A stretch of DNA of 64,000 bases from a virus (taxonomy: Duplodnaviria > Caudoviricetes): IMG/VR virus record IMGVR_UViG_3300020047_008132, positions 4,325 to 68,324 of that record; one strand, given 5' to 3'. How positions within the stretch are numbered: the stretch's first letter is position 1; each line of letters begins with the position of its first letter. This document shows, one piece after another, positions 46,513 through 54,886 of the stretch. Under the pieces are notes generated by a model. The model ran no database searches, was not told the DNA's origin, and saw only the letters and a list, made by a program, of their open reading frames with translations. Both the position numbers and the translations under genes were made by a program.

Positions 46513-47154
46513 GCAAGCTGCTACATTCCTGCTGCGAATGAAAGTTCCCCATTGTTCAGCCATAGCTTTTGCCACCCCTGTGAAAGTTTTTGAGCTTTCC
46601 TTTGCGTTTTTTGCAATCCCCATGTTATAACTTTGTCCACGTTTCTTTCCTCCAGTATTACTCGGCAAATACGGCTTATAGTTGCTCTTAATGTCTGTCG
46701 GCTTTAATAGTGGCAAATTTTTCAACCACAATAAAGTTCGTTTACTGTATTCGTGTCCATACTCGTAGGGCTGTATCGCTTGGCTATGTTTTGGTAATTC
46801 AACTACTTTTAATGGTGTTGGGTTTTCAACTGCAATATATTCAATAGGCGCGTTAAGCAGTTCCAAAAACATAGCTTTCGCTTCCATTGCTTTTTCGTAC
46901 CTATCTTGGCACAAATTACCTGCTGTTGGGTACATCCATCTTGCTCCAGCCCTACTCATATAAGTGCAAGGCGGGTGTGCTATCATCACATCATATTTGC
47001 CACTATAAGCCTCTTTAACTGCATCGCCTACAATATGCCATTCGGGTCTACCTCCACTACATTCTTGTAGGTCGCAACTATAAGCCTCAAATCCTAATTC
47101 TCGGAAAGCTCTGCAAACTTCTTGGCTCTCCTCACAAGCTATTAATATTTTCAT
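46507..47154 (-). CDS. C5-cytosine DNA methyltransferase-like protein
   Basis: ILIACEES, HPPCTY, IAVENP, RSKT-like SKTF; stop in core site. Confidence 0.8.
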   Translation of the reverse strand: MKILIACEESQEVCRAFRELGFEAYSCDLQECSGGRPEWHIVGDAVKEAYSGKYDVMIAHPPCTYMSRAGARWMYPTAGNLCQDRYEKAMEAKAMFLELLNAPIEYIAVENPTPLKVVELPKHSQAIQPYEYGHEYSKRTLLWLKNLPLLKPTDIKSNYKPYLPSNTGGKKRGQSYNMGIAKNAKESSKTFTGVAKAMAEQWGTFIRSRNVAACL

Positions 47155-47191
47155 TTCAATTTAAGTTTCTTTTTAATTAACCGCAGCCAGC

Positions 47192-47322
47192 TTATAACAC
47201 GTGTTTTGTGCAATAGGGGCTGTGGTGGTTTATTCAAGTTTCTGCTTCTAATCAAGGTCTGTGGTAGGTTGAAGGTTTCGTTTCCAAAATCCCCTACTGC
47301 ACAAAGCACCTTAACGTTACCT
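47192..47322 (+). repeat. attC-like site, right end of array 2
   Basis: TTATAAC...GTTACCT; stem GTGTTTTGTGCAATAGGGG / CCCCTACTGCACAAAGCAC. Confidence 0.85.
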
Positions 47323-47508
47323 ACCCACCCCGCACGTATCTACCGGCACATCGTAGTGCATATTCCAGCCATCTACTACTACTACCGGTGCGGTGGCTTT
47401 GGTGCAGCTAAACAAAGCGGTGCTGGTAATTATTGCCAGTATAATAAACAGCAGTGCCAGTAAAATTTTTTGGCTGCGTAAAAGTGGTTTGCGTTTTTTG
47501 TTTTTCAT
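47317..47508 (-). CDS. Small lipoprotein-like protein
   Basis: Basic N-terminus, hydrophobic helix, LFSC. Confidence 0.5.
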   Translation of the reverse strand: MKNKKRKPLLRSQKILLALLFIILAIITSTALFSCTKATAPVVVVDGWNMHYDVPVDTCGVGR

Positions 47509-47795
47509 TTTAGTGTTGTTTCTTCTTCCGGTAGTATTATTCGCTTTACTTCAGTTGGGCTTACCCTTACTATAGCACCGGTTGCAGCATTAAAACATTG
47601 TGTAACCTGCACCAGGTAAACAGTGGCAGGAATAGCAGTTAGTCTATTAGAACCATCGGTATAGTTCATTCCTTTTGATGATGCTTCATCCTGGCTATAC
47701 TTATATACTACTTCCGTCTCTGTAATTTTATCCAGCACAATGCCTTTTACATTTCCGTAAATAGCGGTAACAGCTTCTATTTTGTTTCCAATCAT
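47505..47795 (-). CDS. Hypothetical protein
   Basis: Coupled ORF. Confidence 0.5.
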   Translation of the reverse strand: MIGNKIEAVTAIYGNVKGIVLDKITETEVVYKYSQDEASSKGMNYTDGSNRLTAIPATVYLVQVTQCFNAATGAIVRVSPTEVKRIILPEEETTLK

Positions 47796-48055
47796 TACAT
47801 CAACTTATTTAAAATCAATTCGCCCTGGGTAACGGTTAAAAGTCTAAGCTGGTCGTATTCTTCTTCGGTAATACCAAATTGCTCAAGCAGTCCGCTGCGT
47901 ATTACATCGCGCTTTAACAGGCCGGTAGCTTGTGTATGTATTTTTATTGCAGCAAAGTTGCCCGCAATAAAGTTTTCGGGATCGGCCAGCAGTTGGCAGA
48001 TTTCCGTTTTTGTGTATTTGCGCTTTGGTATACGGTCTAATATGCTAACGGGCAT
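47795..48055 (-). CDS. Hypothetical (possible DNA-binding) protein
   Basis: ATG at 48055 preferred. Confidence 0.5.
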   Translation of the reverse strand: MPVSILDRIPKRKYTKTEICQLLADPENFIAGNFAAIKIHTQATGLLKRDVIRSGLLEQFGITEEEYDQLRLLTVTQGELILNKLM

Positions 48056-48369
48056 AGTTTGCTTTAATGGGTAAGCGAAAATAATTGCCTTTTTTGAATA
48101 TACAAAAAAAGCAAGCATTATTTTTTCGTGTTCAAACCGTGTTTGTTTTGTAAATTTTGTTGTGCAAACCGTGAATTTTAAAGTGTTTTTGGTGGCACAG
48201 GTGGGGTAATGGGTGGGGCGTAGTATAAAAGGGGGCGCGGGGCGCAATTTTGAATGCGGAATGCGGAATGCGGAAGTATAAATGCACGGCAAACCGGGTG
48301 CTGAAGATTATAATGTGTGTGTTTAGTTTATTGCACACACTTTTAGAAAGTGCCGTTTTTGGGTACTGA

Positions 48370-48667
48370 CTTGAAAAAACGCGTAAGTTTTGTAAGTTTT
48401 TTTTACTGTATTGATTTGCAGAAAGTTAAGTGCCATTTTTTACTTACAATTTATTTTTTGTAAGTGTAAGTTTTGTAAGTTGGGCTGCTGCCTGCTAACA
48501 ATACTTACAAAACTTACAAAATTTAAAATAAATGTAAGTAATGTAGTTTCATAGGCAAATGGTTGTAAAACTTACAAAACTTACAAAACTTACGCAAAAA
48601 TAGCTGCGCTGTAAAAACGGCTATTTACAGGAAATAAAAAACCCGCCAATGTTGGCGGGTTGTAAGT
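48370..48667. repeat. Iteron cluster, putative replication origin
   Basis: About 13 GTAAG/CTTAC copies in direct and inverted orientation, AT-rich, non-coding. Confidence 0.7.
48635..48661 (-). terminator. Intrinsic terminator
   Basis: AACCCGCCAAC-ATTGGCGGGTT followed by TTTTATTT on the - strand. Confidence 0.7.
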
Positions 48668-48686
48668 TTGGTAAAGCAGGGTTTGG

Positions 48687-48866
48687 TTATGCCGGGCCTT
48701 TGAAGGTTATGGGTGGGTAGATAATATGCGAAGCTGGTAATGCTTGTGCTGTATTGCATTTAATACATATCCAGTAAAGTTTATGTGGCGGCTTAAATAT
48801 TACAGTTTGGCTGCAATTACATTCAAAGCACTTCGCCCTAAAAATGTATTCGTTTAGTTGCCTCAT
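48687..48866 (-). CDS. Small zinc-ribbon protein (59 aa, not in track)
   Basis: CFEC..CIKC. Confidence 0.55.
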   Translation of the reverse strand: MRQLNEYIFRAKCFECNCSQTVIFKPPHKLYWICIKCNTAQALPASHIIYPPITFKGPA

Positions 48867-49066
48867 GGTTTGGTAATTGTGTTTAAAGTAACTTCGGTGT
48901 TATCAATAGCTGCGTTTATTTCGGCAATGGCTGTAGTAACCTTTACATACTCTTTATCGCAAAATTCTTTTTCAGAATCTGATCTATGGTAACTTCGTGA
49001 AGGATGCACTTCGCTCCAGCGTTTATCTAAAAGTTCAAGGCAAAATTTGAGTGTTGCTATTTTCAT
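48863..49066 (-). CDS. Hypothetical protein
   Basis: Coupled ORF. Confidence 0.5.
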   Translation of the reverse strand: MKIATLKFCLELLDKRWSEVHPSRSYHRSDSEKEFCDKEYVKVTTAIAEINAAIDNTEVTLNTITKP

Positions 49067-49731
49067 GGTTTACCGGTTTTGCTGATTACTTTAAATTCTA
49101 TTACCCAAACGTATGGGTTGGCATCCCAGCTTTCGCGGCCGTTAATTTTTAACCATAAAGATGTAAAAGAAGAAGCTGCGTATTTGCATATATCTGAAGG
49201 ATGATTAGATATATAATTTACATAACCCTGCCGTGCGCTCCATTCTACCCCTTCTGCCTTTGCATCGGCTTCGGTAATGGTTTGCAGGCGTTCTACGCGT
49301 ATGCCGGTTATTTGCAGCCAAAGGCGGGCGGCTGCTTTTGGCATAAATAAAGAGGGGCGTTTATACCAGCCTACTTTACGGTAACTGTTTTTGCGTATAG
49401 TGGTTGGTTTTTCATCTTGATAAGAATAAATACCACCATCTATAAAAGCCCATTTTTGTTTACCAGTTTTAGTCAATCCGTTTTTCTTCCAGTAGCCATA
49501 TGCGTAGAAAGTTTCTTTTACCCAAAGCAGGTTGCCCGGTTCACCGTATTTAGAAGTATTTGCCAGTTCGGGGTAATCTATAGCGCACCATTGTTTACCA
49601 AAACCGAATTTATACCCACCACAAAAAGTTTTATCTTTTACCGGTGTGGCAACCCTGCGGGTTTGTGTTTTGGTGCCGTTTAAAATAGCCTGCACCATTG
49701 GTGTGCTAAATAAAATTGGTGTTTCTTTCAT
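49063..49731 (-). CDS. ASCH/PUA-like phage protein
   Basis: PILFSTPMVQAILNGTKTQTRR..PSLFMP..WDANPYVWVIEF. Confidence 0.75.
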   Translation of the reverse strand: MKETPILFSTPMVQAILNGTKTQTRRVATPVKDKTFCGGYKFGFGKQWCAIDYPELANTSKYGEPGNLLWVKETFYAYGYWKKNGLTKTGKQKWAFIDGGIYSYQDEKPTTIRKNSYRKVGWYKRPSLFMPKAAARLWLQITGIRVERLQTITEADAKAEGVEWSARQGYVNYISNHPSDICKYAASSFTSLWLKINGRESWDANPYVWVIEFKVISKTGKP

Positions 49732-49735
49732 ATTG

Positions 49736-49936
49736 TTATAGTTTGGTTGGTTCGGTAATTATTAAAAAGTGAGTAATTGAATTTAGTTCGTGGGGTGTAA
49801 GCAGGCGGGCATCGCTGTTATACCAGTGCCCTTCGTCAAACATGGCATCGGCATAATAGCCCTGATCTATATCATACCATATTAGGTAATCTCCATTTGT
49901 GTTTTTAAATTCGGTTATAGGTTGCCAGTGCATCAT
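49736..49936 (-). CDS. Hypothetical (DUF551-like) protein
   Basis: WQPITE..ITHFL pattern. Confidence 0.5.
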   Translation of the reverse strand: MMHWQPITEFKNTNGDYLIWYDIDQGYYADAMFDEGHWYNSDARLLTPHELNSITHFLIITEPTKL

Positions 49937-52566
49937 TTCTTATCGTATTTAGTGCCTTCGGTGCCAAAGGGGTTTTCTTCAGCCGCCATGTGCTTTATAT
50001 TAAATAGGTTTACTTTTTCGGTGGTGGTGGTGGGTCGCTCAGGATGGGTGGTGGTGTCTGGGGTTTCGGGTTCGTCCAGGTGTTTGCCTGTTACCCATTT
50101 ATCGTATTCAAACATATAGCAGCGGGCTACGCGGCTGGTGTCGTAAACGGGTTCGTCTATACCGTTGGTGGTGCGTATGTTGGTGGGGTAGCGTATAATG
50201 CTGGGTGCGCCCGGGTTCATTCCTTTTTTATCCTTCAGGTAGTTTTTTAAGTCGGTGGTGTCTAACTTGTATTTGCTGTAACCTTCTTTGGTAATAGCTT
50301 CCACCAACCCGCGCAGGTCCAGTTTAAAGTAGGTGCAGCCAAAGGGTTGGAAGGTTTTAAGTTTGTCTATTATAAACTCGTCTACCACTTTATCTATGCG
50401 GTTGCGGGTTTTTTCTATAATAATTTGCAGTTGCTCGGTTTTTAATACTTCGGGGTCAAACCAAGCGCGGCCAATTTTTGGGTGTACCACTTCTCTGTTT
50501 TGCAAAAAGTTAAGCCATGCCGGTATTTCGGGGCGCATAAGTTTTTCGCGCAGGTCGGGTAGTTCTTTTGTAAACGGATGCACACGCACCACCCACCAGC
50601 GTATTTCTCCGTCCTCTATCTTCATTAGGTTATCGGCATCGTTACTGGCAATAATTATTTTGCCGTAAAAATCTATTTCGTAAACATCGCTGCCTTTAAA
50701 TTCTAAATACTGCCTGTCATCGGTTGCCATCTTTTTAAGGCGCTCCTTTTCTTTCTTCTTCTCTACATCTAAAAACCCTTCATCTATACCAATTACATGC
50801 TTGGTTATGTAGTGGCTGTTAAACGACATTTGGAAACGTTCGTTATCTATAACCGTGGCGTTGCTTCCGTAAATATCGCGCAGCCATTTCAGAAAGGTAG
50901 ATTTACCGGTGTTGTTCTCCGGGCTTACCAAACACAGCACCGGTAATATTATTTTGGGCTGCGCATACATTAAATTAAGGTAGTCAAGCGCAATAGTGAA
51001 CGGGTCTTTTAATATAGAAACTTCGCGATAGTTACCTGTGAATACAAAGGGGGTGCGTTTGCCTATTTCTGTAGGTATAGCTGTAAATTGTTTCCCCTTG
51101 TAATCGTTTCTATTTTCGTCAGTAATTAAAACAGGGGCGGTATCTACAATAATGTATTCGGCAGGCTCTATATCTTCAACAGCAACAAAACGACCTTCTG
51201 TTGTTTCAAACTCAATAGTTGCCTTACCTTTAAACAGGTGTTTTAAAAATAAAACAGTATAGTAAATATTGCCCGGTGCCGGTGGTATAGGCATAGGGTT
51301 AAAAAGGTTGTAGCACTTGCCAAACTCTTTGTTGTCAATTACTCGCCTGTATTCACGGTGCATAGCCGGTTCGTTTGCCCATGCTTCCATTTTAGGTATA
51401 TCATCTAAAAAGGTAGGATACTGTTTTATGTAGTCGCGCTGTATTTCGCCTACCTTCCATTTTTTTACTTCGGCCAGTAAACCGTATTTGCTGGGCACCC
51501 ATACTTCCTTAAACCAATCGCAACCCACGCGCACAAACTTTTGTATATCTTCATGCAGAATTTTGTGCAGGCGTTCTTCGTCTGCTATCCAGCGGTAGGT
51601 TTGCTTCTTATACTTAAACTCGTTATCGGTTAGGTATTCCTGGTAAACGGTGTAAAAGTCCTGCGGACCGGTAAGCCCAAAGTGCTGGCTAATTTTGTTT
51701 AAGCCATCGGTTATATTCTGTATGTAGAAATAATGGCTATTAAAGCTAAGTGCGTTAAGGCTGTTTACTATGCTGTCTTTATTATGCGCGAAGTTTTGCA
51801 GTAAATCATCTAAGCCCTTGCCGGTGGCTACGTGTTTGCGGTCAATGTGCCCAAAATAGGCATCGCGCAGGGCAAGGTCGGTGCCGGTGGTAATAGCCAG
51901 CATGGCTGCTTCGCGGAAGTTTTTAACGCTGCTGTAAAAGCTAACGGGGCGTTGCGCTAAATCGGTATCGGGTTTGTAGGTAAGGGTGAGGGTGTCGGCA
52001 TCGGTAAGCAGTAGTATTTTTTCTACCTGGCATACGCGGCAAAGTTCTATAATATCAAAGTGCAGTTTCTTGCTGCCATCGGGATCATAAAAGCCCTGTA
52101 TGCCGGTAATGCCTACTACGTGCAGCCCGGCATTGCAGCCTGCCACGGCTTTAAATTCGCCTTCGGTAAGCACCAGCAGGGGTATTTTGGTTTTGTTGGT
52201 GTATGCGTCTATTATCTGCGGGGTAAAGTAGGGGCAGTTGTGGCTACCCTTCGGGCTTTGGTATTTGCGCTCCTTTGGTTTGGTTATGCCGTTTTCGGTT
52301 ACTTCGGTAATGGTGGGCACTTGCAGGCGGTCGCGGTAGTAATTTTTTACCCAGTCGCGGTTGCCATCTTCGGTTTTCTTTTGGTGGAAGGTGTACGGGG
52401 TGCCGTCTAACCGGTAGTAGTGTATGCGAATATCGCCACGCTCCGTTTGCTCAAACCGGGTGCGCTGCACGGGTTTGCCTAAGTGCTGGGCGGTAAAGTG
52501 CATGGTGGTGGCGGTAATGCCGAGGGCAGCCATGCGGGTGCTGAAGTATGTAGTAGTTTCGGACAC
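49933..52566 (-). CDS. Toprim primase - P-loop helicase fusion
   Basis: LTEGEFKA..VGITGI..DAD Toprim; SPENNTGKST Walker A, IGIDE Walker B. Confidence 0.85.
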   Translation of the reverse strand: MSETTTYFSTRMAALGITATTMHFTAQHLGKPVQRTRFEQTERGDIRIHYYRLDGTPYTFHQKKTEDGNRDWVKNYYRDRLQVPTITEVTENGITKPKERKYQSPKGSHNCPYFTPQIIDAYTNKTKIPLLVLTEGEFKAVAGCNAGLHVVGITGIQGFYDPDGSKKLHFDIIELCRVCQVEKILLLTDADTLTLTYKPDTDLAQRPVSFYSSVKNFREAAMLAITTGTDLALRDAYFGHIDRKHVATGKGLDDLLQNFAHNKDSIVNSLNALSFNSHYFYIQNITDGLNKISQHFGLTGPQDFYTVYQEYLTDNEFKYKKQTYRWIADEERLHKILHEDIQKFVRVGCDWFKEVWVPSKYGLLAEVKKWKVGEIQRDYIKQYPTFLDDIPKMEAWANEPAMHREYRRVIDNKEFGKCYNLFNPMPIPPAPGNIYYTVLFLKHLFKGKATIEFETTEGRFVAVEDIEPAEYIIVDTAPVLITDENRNDYKGKQFTAIPTEIGKRTPFVFTGNYREVSILKDPFTIALDYLNLMYAQPKIILPVLCLVSPENNTGKSTFLKWLRDIYGSNATVIDNERFQMSFNSHYITKHVIGIDEGFLDVEKKKEKERLKKMATDDRQYLEFKGSDVYEIDFYGKIIIASNDADNLMKIEDGEIRWWVVRVHPFTKELPDLREKLMRPEIPAWLNFLQNREVVHPKIGRAWFDPEVLKTEQLQIIIEKTRNRIDKVVDEFIIDKLKTFQPFGCTYFKLDLRGLVEAITKEGYSKYKLDTTDLKNYLKDKKGMNPGAPSIIRYPTNIRTTNGIDEPVYDTSRVARCYMFEYDKWVTGKHLDEPETPDTTTHPERPTTTTEKVNLFNIKHMAAEENPFGTEGTKYDKK

Positions 52567-52641
52567 AGTAAAAAGACAATTAGTAAATTAGTAAATGAGA
52601 AAATGGGGAAGGGTAGGGAATGGGTGTTAGGTGCGAATTTG

Positions 52642-52875
52642 CTACAGTATAGGGTTAATTAAAAGTTTCATGCGGGTTACATCGGCAGGTACTACGTGGC
52701 AGTATTGTTTGCCTTGTTTGGTGCCAAAGGTTATAGCGGGTTGCCCGGTGTCAAATACTCTGCGCATAGCGCGTTTGTTTAGGGTTTTGTAGCCCATGCA
52801 GTGTATTTCTATTACCAGTTGTTTATCGCTGTCGGAAAGTTCTACCCACGGTTTGGTTTGTTCGGTTGGTTGCAT
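52642..52875 (-). CDS. Hypothetical protein
   Basis: ORF. Confidence 0.5.
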   Translation of the reverse strand: MQPTEQTKPWVELSDSDKQLVIEIHCMGYKTLNKRAMRRVFDTGQPAITFGTKQGKQYCHVVPADVTRMKLLINPIL

Positions 52876-52913
52876 ATTGTGTTAAGGTGTTTAAGTGTTA
52901 AAGTGTTGAGGTT

Positions 52914-52990
52914 AAAAAAGCCTGCGGGCTATAAACTTTGCCCCATCCATGACAACGGTATAAGTTTAAAAGAACGGTTGCGCCCGCAGG
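52914..52990 (-). terminator. Long hairpin terminator/attenuator
   Basis: CCTGCGGGC / GCCCGCAGG outer stem, TAAACTT / AAGTTTA inner stem, then CTTTTTT. Confidence 0.55.
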
Positions 52991-52999
52991 AAGGAGTTT

Positions 53000-53197
53000 T
53001 TATTTAAGAGAATAGAAAAGGTTTGACCAATACCCAAAACCTTGTTTTGTTTTATCCCACTTGAAGGAACTCTGCAATGAGTATTTAAGATTTATGCCGG
53101 GTGTGTTTTCTAAAGATTTATCCATGTTTTTAAGTGCCAATGTTTTGTATGGCTCCGGTAGTTCTTCTAAAAACTCTTTTTTTGTTTTGCGGTTCAT
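53000..53197 (-). CDS. Hypothetical protein
   Basis: ORF. Confidence 0.5.
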   Translation of the reverse strand: MNRKTKKEFLEELPEPYKTLALKNMDKSLENTPGINLKYSLQSSFKWDKTKQGFGYWSNLFYSLK

Positions 53198-53415
53198 GCT
53201 GCTTCTTTTTTAATGGGGGTTACTAAAAGGTTATTGTCGTTTTGAATTTTTACAAGTAGTTGGCGTATTTCGGGTTCGTAGTCTTTGGCGGCAAACAGGT
53301 TGCGCTTGTCTTTTGTTTTTCGGTATTTATCAAGCCACTGAAACATTATATCGGTGCTGGTGCATAGCTGCATCAGGTCGTTGTAGTGTTGTATTTTTTC
53401 TTCGGGGCTTAACAT
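53194..53415 (-). CDS. Hypothetical protein
   Basis: ORF. Confidence 0.5.
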   Translation of the reverse strand: MLSPEEKIQHYNDLMQLCTSTDIMFQWLDKYRKTKDKRNLFAAKDYEPEIRQLLVKIQNDNNLLVTPIKKEAA

Positions 53416-53418
53416 GGT

Positions 53419-53688
53419 TTAAAACCTTTCCGGCATTTCTATAGCAATGGTGGTATCGTCAATAGCTGCCAGTAATACTTCTACTGGTATAAGGGCCAGC
53501 TTGGCATCTATCAGCTTTTGTGTGGTGGTGTATTGTTCTTCTAAAAAATCTAATTCGGTTTCTTTCCACTGCTTGTATTTTTCGCTTTCGGGTTCAAACT
53601 CGTGCGTGGCTTTTAGCAGTTGGTTAAGGTTATGCAGGTTAGTATCTAACTGCGCATAGCTTAATGTGGCGGTTGGTTTTAAGTGCAT
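53419..53688 (-). CDS. Hypothetical protein
   Basis: ORF. Confidence 0.5.
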   Translation of the reverse strand: MHLKPTATLSYAQLDTNLHNLNQLLKATHEFEPESEKYKQWKETELDFLEEQYTTTQKLIDAKLALIPVEVLLAAIDDTTIAIEMPERF

Positions 53689-53709
53689 GGGTGGTTTGTT
53701 TTTATGTGG

Positions 53710-54051
53710 TTAGTAATTATAATCTAAGCCCTGTGCTAATTGTCTAACAGGCACGGTGCCGTATGCCTTTATATATTCAGCAAAGTTTTTTTCAAAATCT
53801 TCTATAATTTGGTTGGCCTGCTTAATGTTTGCGCCCGTGTAATCATCGGGGCTTGCAACAACTTCTTTTGCGCGTTTGTATTTTTCGCCCTGTGTAATAA
53901 AGGCATTGGCGCGTTCAACAAACTCTACTGCGTGTTTGTGGGCTAAAATCGGATCGTCATTTTCCTGCAATTCGATTTCTACACCAATTTTTTCGTTTTG
54001 GTAGTTTCCTAAATTGAAAACTTTGTGGTACTGAATGTTTTTGATTTTCAT
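53710..54051 (-). CDS. Hypothetical protein flanked by direct repeats
   Basis: VFNLGNYQNEKIGVE family; flanks carry ~17-bp repeats. Confidence 0.6.
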   Translation of the reverse strand: MKIKNIQYHKVFNLGNYQNEKIGVEIELQENDDPILAHKHAVEFVERANAFITQGEKYKRAKEVVASPDDYTGANIKQANQIIEDFEKNFAEYIKAYGTVPVRQLAQGLDYNY

Positions 54052-54081
54052 AATGGAGATTGTTTTTTATGTGGTTAAAAA

Positions 54082-54348
54082 TTATTTACTTAAAATAACT
54101 ATGGCAGTAAGCAGCGGCACTACGGCCAGCACCATAAGGGCAATGTTTAAAAAGCAGAAGTTGCGCTGCGCGGCTTGTGTAGCCAGTTCGTGTTTGTGCA
54201 TATCGGTGCGCAGCAAAACATCTTGGCGGTAGCCCGGTTGCATCATTACTGCCAGGGCGTGTATGTTTTTGTAGCATATAAAGCAGTTGATTAAAAACAT
54301 AAGGCAAAGTGCGCCTGCGGTTAGTTGTAGTAGTAGTGTTGGGTTCAT
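54082..54348 (-). CDS. 2-TM membrane protein
   Basis: Two hydrophobic segments. Confidence 0.45.
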   Translation of the reverse strand: MNPTLLLQLTAGALCLMFLINCFICYKNIHALAVMMQPGYRQDVLLRTDMHKHELATQAAQRNFCFLNIALMVLAVVPLLTAIVILSK

Positions 54349-54354
54349 GTTTGT

Positions 54355-54555
54355 TTAGTTTAAAGGGTGTTGTATAATTTCAAAAACTTCATTCTTGTAT
54401 GTGCCGGTGGTTTTAATTGCACCTTTTACCACGGTGTGGAAGGGTTTAGCTTCTTCTTCATAACCACTTTGCCGTATTCTTCTTAGTGCTTTTTCTACAC
54501 TGCTGTAGTAGCCTTCGTGCTGTTCTAAGGTTTTTAACTGGTATATGTTTTTCAT
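54355..54555 (-). CDS. Hypothetical protein
   Basis: ORF. Confidence 0.5.
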   Translation of the reverse strand: MKNIYQLKTLEQHEGYYSSVEKALRRIRQSGYEEEAKPFHTVVKGAIKTTGTYKNEVFEIIQHPLN

Positions 54556-54884
54556 GCCGGTATGATTTGTAACGGTTCGTTAATTTTTACAGGTAAAGGC
54601 AGCAGTGTTATTTTGCTGTAGTATATAGTTCCCTTAACTTGGTTGCCCATTGGGTGAAACGTATACCAATGCACACCCTTTGGCTGAAGTTCTGCATTGC
54701 CTATTCTTTCTTCAGTAGTTAAGCCATCATCTACCTTATATATGCAGCGTCCTATACTTCCACTTTCGTGGGCATGTTGAAAAAATCTAAAAGTTGCTTT
54801 GTAGCCATCAACTCTAAAGGTTAGCACTTCATCGGATATAAGCGCAACATTTAATGCTTGCTGTAACTCAATCTTTGTAATCAT
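54552..54884 (-). CDS. Hypothetical protein
   Basis: ORF. Confidence 0.5.
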   Translation of the reverse strand: MITKIELQQALNVALISDEVLTFRVDGYKATFRFFQHAHESGSIGRCIYKVDDGLTTEERIGNAELQPKGVHWYTFHPMGNQVKGTIYYSKITLLPLPVKINEPLQIIPA

Positions 54885-54886
54885 GC

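Larger units (their letters stand above)
2777..47316 (-). mobile_element. Apparently complete ~44.5-kb tailed Bacteroidota phage, no integrase
   Basis: terS/terL, portal, capsid, tape measure, fibre, lysis and replication genes all present. Confidence 0.75.
45923..47322 (+). mobile_element. Integrase-less attC-like gene cassette array 2 (2 cassettes)
   Basis: Cassette starts G|TTAGTGGC and G|TTATAAGC match R'' boxes GCCACTAAC and GCTTATAAC; two complete palindromic sites. Confidence 0.85.

Noticed and set aside
48370-48667. Mini-CRISPR or attC site in the GTAAG repeats
   Set aside because: Pentamer iterons without unique spacers or TAAC/GTTA boxes
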